DNA of 38,192 nucleotides from a virus. Below, piece by piece: positions 14,706-21,654 of this stretch. The stretch lies in the IMG/VR virus record IMGVR_UViG_3300045988_043685; one strand, given 5' to 3'. The notes beneath the pieces were generated by a model. The model was given only the letters and a program-made list of their open reading frames with translations. It was not told the DNA's origin and did no database searches. How positions within the stretch are numbered: the stretch's first letter is position 1; each line of letters begins with the position of its first letter. The translations under genes were made by a program, and so were the position numbers.

Positions 14706-14756
14706 TATCAGATTGAAATTAAAATTTCCGGTGCTGCCGGAGGAAAGAAACGGAAT

Positions 14757-14945
14757 ATGAAAATACTTATGCTGGAAAATGTAAGACCGGATTTCCTGTT
14801 TTTAGCAAAGCCAGGTACGATACTGCGAGCTGGGAAAACTTACGAAGCCACAGTCAATAAAAACGGAGCAGTTACGGCAATTTGCGAGAATGGTGAAACA
14901 CTTGGCGTAAGGCCCGGTGAATTTGAAATAGTTCAAGAAACTTAA
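14757..14945 (+). CDS. Hypothetical 62-aa protein
   Basis: ATG 14757 behind GGAGGAAAGAAACGGAAT. The tracker extension back to 14622 merely translates the tRNA-like element. Confidence 0.6.
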   Translation: MKILMLENVRPDFLFLAKPGTILRAGKTYEATVNKNGAVTAICENGETLGVRPGEFEIVQET

Positions 14946-14974
14946 TCTTTTCAGAAGGAGGAAAGGAAAAGAGA

Positions 14975-15166
14975 ATGGTGCCAGATAAGATATTGCAAAA
15001 GGCAATCGCACATAACGAGGTATGCAACAGGTTGAGATCGGAAGGTTACTCTATACAAGGATGTGGTAATGATTTCAGCAAGTGCAATTTTGCAAGCGGT
15101 GAGTATCCGCATCAAAAAATAGCGGGATACATAGATAATAAAACGCTTGAGGTTGTTTTCACATAA
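14975..15166 (+). CDS. Hypothetical 63-aa protein
   Basis: ATG behind AGGAGGAAAGG. Confidence 0.6.
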   Translation: MVPDKILQKAIAHNEVCNRLRSEGYSIQGCGNDFSKCNFASGEYPHQKIAGYIDNKTLEVVFT

Positions 15167-15205
15167 TTAATATTTCCGGGAGAACCGGAGGAAAGTGAGA
15201 AGAAT

Positions 15206-15484
15206 ATGGAGACAGGATTATTTGATAAAAATGGAACTCCAATCAATATTGGAGACAAGACAAGGCTGGTTCTGGACGATGGCGAGGTTCGTGAGTTTGA
15301 CGTTTGTTTTAAAACGGTTCAGAGGACAACGATTAAAACCTTGCGCGGATTTTATCCGGAGAGTGTTGACGTTTCGATAACCGGGATTTTTTTCTGCTGG
15401 AATGGCAATGACTTACTTCCATGTGTAGATGCAGACGGCGTGTCAGATACGGAAAAGATGGAAGTGATTCAGCAACAGTATTAA
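15206..15484 (+). CDS. Hypothetical 92-aa protein
   Basis: ATG behind GGAGGAAAGTGAG. Confidence 0.6.
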   Translation: METGLFDKNGTPINIGDKTRLVLDDGEVREFDVCFKTVQRTTIKTLRGFYPESVDVSITGIFFCWNGNDLLPCVDADGVSDTEKMEVIQQQY

Positions 15485-15502
15485 AATTTAGAGGAGGAAG
15501 AC

Positions 15503-15667
15503 ATGGACGAGTTAGATATGCTAAGAAGTGAGAATGAGGCATTGCGGATGCGTCTGGCCGAGATACGTGAGCGTGTGAATGGTATGGAGCTTCCACACGA
15601 ATATCATATACTGTATACGCGCGGCTGGCATGACGCAGTAGAAGAGGTCAGGAGGTATATTGAGTGA
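15503..15667 (+). CDS. Hypothetical 54-aa coiled-coil protein
   Basis: ATG behind GAGGAGGAAG (MDELDMLRSENEALRMRLAEIRERV...). Confidence 0.55.
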   Translation: MDELDMLRSENEALRMRLAEIRERVNGMELPHEYHILYTRGWHDAVEEVRRYIE

Positions 15668-15954
15668 AACGTCAAGAAATCCCGAAAGGGTACATAAGCC
15701 AGAAAGAAATACAGGCGGCGCAGCGATATTACAGGATCGGACGCACGGTAATGGTACATACCTTTAAGGCCCAGGGAATCGACTCCATGGGACATACTGG
15801 AGAGATGCACCGCGGCAAGATAGTGGAGCATTATAAGCACTTTGCATTGGTGCGGTTGCCGGGCGGCGTGCTGGATAGCGTGCTATGGCCTGATCTGGTG
15901 TTACAGATGCAGCAACGGAAGAGAAATAATCCGGGGAGTAATCCCCGGAAATAA
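15664..15954 (+). CDS. Hypothetical 96-aa protein
   Basis: GTG overlaps the upstream stop (GTGA), 8 nt after AGGAGG. Confidence 0.55.
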   Translation: MKRQEIPKGYISQKEIQAAQRYYRIGRTVMVHTFKAQGIDSMGHTGEMHRGKIVEHYKHFALVRLPGGVLDSVLWPDLVLQMQQRKRNNPGSNPRK

Positions 15955-15992
15955 AAAACTTGAGAAGAGAACATATGATCGAAAAAAAGAAA

Positions 15993-16029
15993 AAGCGGTG
16001 GATATCCGGGAAGATATGCGCCACCGCTT
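15993..16029 (-). terminator. Long compound hairpin with its U-tract on the minus strand
   Basis: AAGCGGTGG...CCACCGCTT (9 bp) encloses ATATC/GATAT. The A-run at 15981..15994 becomes a T-run only for minus-strand transcripts. Confidence 0.45.
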
Positions 16030-16036
16030 AGCTATT

Positions 16037-16064
16037 GCCTGAGTATATTATAACCGACTCAGGC
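16037..16064. repeat. 8-bp inverted repeat with a 12-nt spacer upstream of the second recombinase
   Basis: GCCTGAGT-atattataaccg-ACTCAGGC. Confidence 0.6.
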
Positions 16065-16108
16065 GTGATAAATCAACTGGAAAATCATACCATGAGGAGG
16101 ATTATAAT

Positions 16109-17200
16109 ATGCAGACAGCAATTAATACTGACAATTTTGTTTTAACAGTTATGGAAACACTTATGAATAGTATGGACATGTGGGCGGAGCAGGAAAGGCT
16201 TAATCAGGTGAAAGCGGCGCTCTACATGAACTTGATGGACAAGACGATCTTAGCAGACGATTACGCCGGCCGGCAGCTTCCGACGGAGTATATTGACGAC
16301 ACACCGCGCGTAGTGGAAATGTGGCTCCGGTGTATGCAACTTGAAAAGCGGACCGCAGGCACAATTGAAAATTACCGTGGAGAACTCAGAAACTTTTTTG
16401 AGTGGTGCAGAAAGCATTATGCTGATATCACAACCAACGACGTAAGGGCGTACCTGTCCTGGAGGCAGATCGTTAAGCATAACAGCGATACGACAATCAA
16501 TAATAAGTATCACGCCTTACAGTCTTTTTACCGGTGGATCATGTCAGAGGATTTGATCGAGGACGGCGGCAGCCTGGCACGGAAACCCAAAAAGAATCCG
16601 ATGGACAAGATCAACAAGGTTAAGACGGAGAAAAAGATGCGCACAGTACTGACGGACGAGCAGGCGGAGATAATCCGGTGTGATTGCCAGACGGTACGAG
16701 ATAGGGCGGTCGTGGAGGTCCTTATCGCGACTGGAATGCGTGTGAGTGAGCTTGTCGGGCTTGACCTTAACGACATTGATATCCGCTCCGGGAAGTGCAT
16801 CATATATGGCAAAGGACGCAAAGAACGGCCTGCATTCTTTACGCCGCGGGCGCTGGTGCATTTGGAGGCGTATTTGGAGGAACGCAGGCAGATCACAGAT
16901 TGCGAACCGGCGCTATTTCTTAATTTCCGCCGGAAGGGCGGGATATATACACGGCTCAGTGACGATAGTATAAGGCATATGCTTAACGCTATCGCGGATT
17001 CTGATAAGCGCCTTACCGGCCTTAATCTCCACCCACATATGTTCCGGGCATACCTTGCGACATATATGTACAGGCATGGCGCGTCAATTAAGGATATCCA
17101 GCGGATTCTCGGCCATAGCAATATTAATACAACGACGGAGTGTTACATTATCGACGATGATGATTCCATGCAACAGGTGCATGAGTTATTCGCAGCATAG
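16109..17200 (+). CDS. Second tyrosine recombinase, XerC/XerD-like, remote from attP
   Basis: It has an N-terminal SAM-like core-binding segment (TIENYRGELRNFFEWC..VRAYLSW). Catalytic motifs are ATGMRVSEL (Arg), HPHMFRAYLAT (H-x-x-R), LGH and TTECYI (Tyr). SD GAGGAGG. Confidence 0.85.
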   Translation: MQTAINTDNFVLTVMETLMNSMDMWAEQERLNQVKAALYMNLMDKTILADDYAGRQLPTEYIDDTPRVVEMWLRCMQLEKRTAGTIENYRGELRNFFEWCRKHYADITTNDVRAYLSWRQIVKHNSDTTINNKYHALQSFYRWIMSEDLIEDGGSLARKPKKNPMDKINKVKTEKKMRTVLTDEQAEIIRCDCQTVRDRAVVEVLIATGMRVSELVGLDLNDIDIRSGKCIIYGKGRKERPAFFTPRALVHLEAYLEERRQITDCEPALFLNFRRKGGIYTRLSDDSIRHMLNAIADSDKRLTGLNLHPHMFRAYLATYMYRHGASIKDIQRILGHSNINTTTECYIIDDDDSMQQVHELFAA

Positions 17201-17210
17201 GGAGGTATTT

Positions 17211-17660
17211 ATGGATAAGAGCATATTACGGCAGTGTGCAAGCCTTCTCACGGAAATAGAGGGGGAAGAAAAAAGAATACAGGATTTAGAATCCGAAATA
17301 CAGGCAATGCCACCCAGGCACAGAGAGGTAAGCGACGTTGTCACAAAAGGTAAACGAGGGAGGAAACCTCTGGGGAGGTGTGTTATTCACGGAAATAAAG
17401 ACAATACACTTATTAACCGAAAGCGAGTTAAGGTACGCGAAAGAAAGGCAAAAAAAGAATTGCATGTGGCAGAACTCGACAGCATGGTGATAGATGCGGA
17501 GGAATACATATACTCTCTTCAGGATAGTGAATTGAGGAATATATTATTATTTTATTGCATCGACCGGAAAAGCTGGAAAGAGGTAGCTGATGCCATGGGA
17601 GAAGGATACACGGCAGAAACTTGCAGACAAAAATTTTCAAGATTTATGCGTGAAAAGTAA
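17211..17660 (+). CDS. Late-gene regulator candidate (RinA/ArpU-like activator or Q-like antiterminator) with a sigma-70 region-4-like C-terminus
   Basis: ATG 17211 behind GGGAGG. The C-terminus SELRNILLFYCIDRKSWKEVADAMGEGYTAETCRQKFSRFMRE resembles region-4 HTHs. It lies immediately upstream of the late promoter and terS. Confidence 0.5.
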   Translation: MDKSILRQCASLLTEIEGEEKRIQDLESEIQAMPPRHREVSDVVTKGKRGRKPLGRCVIHGNKDNTLINRKRVKVRERKAKKELHVAELDSMVIDAEEYIYSLQDSELRNILLFYCIDRKSWKEVADAMGEGYTAETCRQKFSRFMREK

Positions 17661-17709
17661 ATTGTCACGTTTGTCACACCCAAATGTGTTATAATTTAAA
17701 ATGAGAAAA
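17655..17709 (+). promoter_or_regulatory. Late promoter, copy 1 (55-nt repeat)
   Basis: AAGTAAATTGTCACGTTTGTCACACCCAAATGTGTTATAATTTAAAATGAGAAAA. It has two TTGTCAC repeats 9 nt apart and TATAAT at 17690..17695, but no properly spaced -35. Confidence 0.65.
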
Positions 17710-17878
17710 GTGTATCAATAAAACACAACCCTGACACGCTTTTTCGGCAAGGTCTAAAAGTACACCCTTAATAGACCTTTCAAAAACAATAAGGGCAATA
17801 CCGGAGACGATCCGGTATTATGTGGAGCATACCATCAATGGCAGATGGACATTCGCCGACCATAGGAAGGTAATGTGT

Positions 17879-17903
17879 CCCGGTTCGATTCCGGGTGATC
17901 CGC
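17879..17903 (+). other. tRNA T-arm-like hairpin plus 3'-acceptor-like tail in the late leader
   Basis: CCCGG-TTCGATT-CCGGG then TGATCCGC then TTTTT. No complementary 5' acceptor strand was found within 100 nt upstream. Confidence 0.3.
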
Positions 17904-17933
17904 TTTTTCTTTCATTTTTTGTTCCTTCTTGTA

Positions 17934-17969
17934 AAAGGCATCCGGCGCCAAACGGGTGCCTTTATTTTA
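17934..17969 (+). terminator. Leader terminator between late promoter copy 1 and terS
   Basis: AAAGGCA...TGCCTTT 7-bp stem (inner CCG/CGG) followed by ATTTTAT. Confidence 0.5.
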
Positions 17970-17989
17970 TACAGAATAGAGGTGACACC

Positions 17990-18916
17990 ATGGCAAGAGC
18001 GCCAGATCAGAGAGTGCAACAGGCAGAAGCAATGTTCCTTGCCGGAAAGAAATTAGTGGAGATTTCAAAGCAGCTAGGGATACCGGAAGGGACAGTACGG
18101 CGCTGGAAATCAACATATAAGTGGGGAAGCGAACGTTCGGAAAAGAAAAGCGAGCGTTCGGAAAACAAACGCGAACACTCAGAAAAAAAGGCGAACGTTC
18201 GGAAAGAAGAAAAGAAAGCTGTTGCTGAAGAAGTGATACAGGTGTTAGAGAATCCTAACCTGACCGACAAGCAGCGGCTTTTCTGCATCCGGTATGTGAG
18301 ATGCTTCAACGCAACGAGATCATACCAGAAAGCGTATAACAGCAGTTACGAGACGGCAATGGTCGAAGGGTGCAAACTACTAAGAAATCCAAAGGTCAGG
18401 GCGGAAATCACGCGGCTTAAGCAGGACCGGCTAAACCGGGAAATGCTTGACGAACACGATATTTTCCAGAAGTACATGGACATTGCATTTTCTGACATTA
18501 CCGATTATGTGGAGTTTGGCAGAGAGGAAATACAGGCCATGGGAGCGTTCGGCCCCATACAGGTTGAGGACCCGGCAACCGGGAAAAAAGTTCCGCTCAT
18601 GAAAACTGTTAACAGCGTTCGTTTCCGTGAATCCGATGTGGTTGACGGAACGATCATAACGGAGGTTAAGCAGGGGCGGGACGGAGCCAGTATAAAGCTA
18701 GCGGACCGTATGAAGGCTCTGGAATGGCTTGCTGACCACATGGACCTTGCGACGCCAGAACAGCGGGCAAGGATTGACCATATACAGGCTCAAACTGGAA
18801 AGATTATGAGGGAGAGCGCAAGCGGAGATGGCGACGGCGTGGAGGTGATAAACGATGCACCGCAAGCAGATCAGGATATCAGAGACGATCATACCGAAAT
18901 ATCTTCCGCTGTTTAA
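17990..18916 (+). CDS. terS: Terminase small subunit
   Basis: ATG 17990 behind AGAGGTG; the tracker start at 17822 is rejected. It has the N-terminal HTH KKLVEISKQLGIPEGTVRRWK. LTDKQRLFCIRYVRCFNATRSYQKAYNSSYETAMVEGCKLLRNPKV matches the Terminase_2-type pattern. Confidence 0.85.
   Translation: MARAPDQRVQQAEAMFLAGKKLVEISKQLGIPEGTVRRWKSTYKWGSERSEKKSERSENKREHSEKKANVRKEEKKAVAEEVIQVLENPNLTDKQRLFCIRYVRCFNATRSYQKAYNSSYETAMVEGCKLLRNPKVRAEITRLKQDRLNREMLDEHDIFQKYMDIAFSDITDYVEFGREEIQAMGAFGPIQVEDPATGKKVPLMKTVNSVRFRESDVVDGTIITEVKQGRDGASIKLADRMKALEWLADHMDLATPEQRARIDHIQAQTGKIMRESASGDGDGVEVINDAPQADQDIRDDHTEISSAV
18129..18211 (+). repeat. Four tandem ~21-nt repeats inside terS (candidate pac/TerS binding array)
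   Basis: GCGAACGTTCGGAAAAGAAAA, GCGAGCGTTCGGAAAACAAAC, GCGAACACTCAGAAAAAAAG and GCGAACGTTCGGAAAGAAGAA. Three of them carry the palindrome CGAACGTTCG or its one-mismatch variant CGAGCGTTCG. Confidence 0.8.
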
Positions 18917-20237
18917 CGATAAGACACACCGCCATATCATTTTAACATCCGGAAGAGCCGGTACGAAATCAAGTTACGCGGGCGTTCGGAGTATTTTCCA
19001 GTTAATCAACGACCCGAACGGTTCCGTAGTAGTGCTCAGAAAGCATCATAACAAGCTGCGGAAGACGGTGTACAAGGAGATGCTGAGAGGTATCAACCGG
19101 CTGGGAATCGACAAGAGGGCGTTCCGGATCGGGAAATCACCCATGGAAATCACGTACCGTAAATATGGCACTACGATGTATTTCGCCGGTTCTGATGGTA
19201 TCGACGATACAAAAGGTATCATTGATGAGAGCAAGCCTATTAAGCTGGTTATCCTCGATGAACTTACCGAATTCTTTGATGATGGCGAGGGAGAAGACGA
19301 ACTACAGAATATCGAGGCTACGTTTATCCGTGGCAACAGCAGCGGATTCCAGATGATATATCTATACAACCCGCCAAAGAATCCGAACGCACCAATCAAC
19401 AAGTGGTGCAAGAAGATGGAGAAGCGGGCGGACTGTATCCATATTCACACGGACTATAGAGACGTTCCGGAGGACTGGCTTGGAAAAGACCTGATAGAGT
19501 CTGCGGAGATCATGAAGGCGGCAGATGAGCGACAATACAGGTGGGTATGGCTGGGGCAGAGCATAGGGGTAGATGAGGTAATCTACTACATGTTTTCTGA
19601 CAAGCATAAGGAGAGGCCGGAAAATAGGCGGTATCGGATTATTGGTATTGGAGTAGATTACGGACAGCAGAACGCGACCGTTTATGAAGCGGCCGGCCTT
19701 GATGAATACCAGAAACGATTAACCGGGCTTGCAGAGTATTATTACTCAGGCAGGGAAACGGGAAAGCAGAAAAGCCCGTCTGATTATGCGAAAGACTTTA
19801 TTTCTTTCACAGACGCGTTGCATGAAGAGTATGAGTGCAGTTACTTTTATGTTTTTATCGATCCTTCCGCGCAAGGGCTGGCGGAGGAGATAAAAAGAGC
19901 AACGAGGGATTGCGATTATACGGTGTTGATCCGCGGCGCCGAGAATGAGGTAGAACTCGGAATATCGAGGGTACAGAAGCTTCTGACCTACGGGATTATG
20001 ACGATTTCCCCATTGCAGGAATATGCAGTAGATGAATTCGGAACCTATGAATACGACAAGAAATCTATCGAGCGCGGGAAAGAAATTCCGGTAAAGGTGG
20101 ATGATCATTGCATGGACGCTATCCGGTATCTCGTCATGGGATTCTGGAAAAAAATGAAACATTGGCTCCCGGTGAAGGAATACGAAAAAGAATACCGGAA
20201 CCCGCTTGACGAGGAGGTGGAAGATGAATATATTTAG
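18855..20237 (+). CDS. terL: Terminase large subunit (PBSX/XtmB-like)
   Basis: Walker-A-like TSGRAGTKS and a LVILDE Walker-B-like segment. SD GGAGGTG. Follows terS. Confidence 0.9.
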   Translation: MHRKQIRISETIIPKYLPLFNDKTHRHIILTSGRAGTKSSYAGVRSIFQLINDPNGSVVVLRKHHNKLRKTVYKEMLRGINRLGIDKRAFRIGKSPMEITYRKYGTTMYFAGSDGIDDTKGIIDESKPIKLVILDELTEFFDDGEGEDELQNIEATFIRGNSSGFQMIYLYNPPKNPNAPINKWCKKMEKRADCIHIHTDYRDVPEDWLGKDLIESAEIMKAADERQYRWVWLGQSIGVDEVIYYMFSDKHKERPENRRYRIIGIGVDYGQQNATVYEAAGLDEYQKRLTGLAEYYYSGRETGKQKSPSDYAKDFISFTDALHEEYECSYFYVFIDPSAQGLAEEIKRATRDCDYTVLIRGAENEVELGISRVQKLLTYGIMTISPLQEYAVDEFGTYEYDKKSIERGKEIPVKVDDHCMDAIRYLVMGFWKKMKHWLPVKEYEKEYRNPLDEEVEDEYI

Positions 20238-21654
20238 CTATTTCAAGAAGAAAGGGATTGACACGGTTGACAGTTCTTTCTATGCCAAAATTTCGGAATG
20301 GTATAGCTGGTACAGAAGCAATGTGCGTAAGTTCCACTTCTACCGTATATATGGCGGACAAGGAACCTGGACCAAATGCCACCGTCACAGCCTCGGAATG
20401 CCGAAAAAGGTATGCGAAGATATGGCGAACCTGCTTCTTAATGAGCGGGTAAAGGTAACTCTATCCGATGAGACAACGAACACATTCGTTGAAGAGGTGT
20501 TGCAGAAAAACGATTTCTGGAATATCGGTAATGAGTACCAGGAGCGCAAGGCGGCAACCGGGACAGTGGCCTATATTCCGTATCTCGACAATATGGAGGT
20601 TGACGAGGCCGGAAATGTGTACGGAGGAGAAATAAGAATCAACTATCTGGAAGCCCCCAACATTTTTCCGCTGTCATGGAACAACCGTGAAATCACGGAA
20701 TGTGCTTTCTTATTCCCGCACACGTACAACCGAAAGAAGTACGTACAGATACAGTTTCACAGAACTGAGAAGGCCGGAGAAGCGGCAGGAAACTATATTA
20801 TCGAGAATGTGGTGGTTGAATGCACGAACGGAGCCGGTAAGGAGTTGACGCCTGAACAGTGGAATGCATTACCACCGTTTAAGGGGCTGGCTGACAGGAT
20901 AGAGACCGGATCGAAAGAACCACAGTACGTAATTGACCGGTTGAATCTGGTGAATAATGCAGGGGAGGATGACAATAACCCGATGGGTATGTCACTCTTG
21001 GCGAATTCCATTGATGTATTCCGGAAGATAGACCTGGAATATGACTCATACGCGAATGAGTTTGACCTTGGACGGAAGAGGATATTTGTGGCGCCGGAGA
21101 TGCTGACGGATAAGGATGGGAATCCAACCTTTGATACTGGTGACACGGTATTCTATCGTCTTCCGGAAGATTATTTAAGCGCCTCGAAAGACCCGATTAA
21201 AGAAATTGATATGACGCTGAGAGTAGAGCAGCACAGCAAGGCTATTAACGATGATCTCAATTACCTGTCAATGAAATGCGGGTTTGGTACGCAGCGTTAC
21301 CGCTTTGAGCAGGGCGGAGTAACAACAGCCACGGAAGTGATCTCGGAAAATTCCGATATGTACCGGACTTTGCAGAAGCACGAGATTGTACTTGATGCTG
21401 TGATCAAAAGGCTGATTAAAATTATCATACGGTTAGGGATTGTGGCGAAAGTCCCTGGCCTATCTGAAGAGACAGAGATAACAATCGACTTTGATGATTC
21501 AATCATTGAGGATAAGCAGACGGAGCGCAAAGAGGACCGGCAGGACGTAGCTATGGGGGTTATGAGCCTAGCAGAATACCGGGCGAAGTGGTACGGGGAA
21601 ACAGAGGAGCAGGCAGCGAAGAAAATCCCTGAACAGACGGGAGTGATTCCGTAA
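20224..21654 (+). CDS. Portal protein (SPP1 gp6-like)
   Basis: ATG 20224 behind GAGGAGG. Size (476 aa) and position after terL fit. The N-terminus ..SFYAKISEWYSWYR.. is typical of this portal family. Confidence 0.85.
   Translation: MNIFSYFKKKGIDTVDSSFYAKISEWYSWYRSNVRKFHFYRIYGGQGTWTKCHRHSLGMPKKVCEDMANLLLNERVKVTLSDETTNTFVEEVLQKNDFWNIGNEYQERKAATGTVAYIPYLDNMEVDEAGNVYGGEIRINYLEAPNIFPLSWNNREITECAFLFPHTYNRKKYVQIQFHRTEKAGEAAGNYIIENVVVECTNGAGKELTPEQWNALPPFKGLADRIETGSKEPQYVIDRLNLVNNAGEDDNNPMGMSLLANSIDVFRKIDLEYDSYANEFDLGRKRIFVAPEMLTDKDGNPTFDTGDTVFYRLPEDYLSASKDPIKEIDMTLRVEQHSKAINDDLNYLSMKCGFGTQRYRFEQGGVTTATEVISENSDMYRTLQKHEIVLDAVIKRLIKIIIRLGIVAKVPGLSEETEITIDFDDSIIEDKQTERKEDRQDVAMGVMSLAEYRAKWYGETEEQAAKKIPEQTGVIP

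Noticed and set aside
16528-17121. 197-aa and 105-aa minus-strand ORFs inside the second recombinase gene
   Set aside because: They are antisense to a gene with clear tyrosine-recombinase motifs. Their composition is Arg/Ser-rich and there is no SD.
17822-17989. N-terminal extension of the terS ORF given by the tracker
   Set aside because: The extension translates the T-arm-like hairpin (..GSIPG..) and the leader terminator and has no SD. ATG 17990 has one and begins a typical TerS HTH.
18129-18211. CRISPR-like array or DGR template/variable repeat
   Set aside because: The repeats are contiguous with no spacers, and they lie in frame inside terS. No reverse transcriptase or cas gene exists anywhere in the window.
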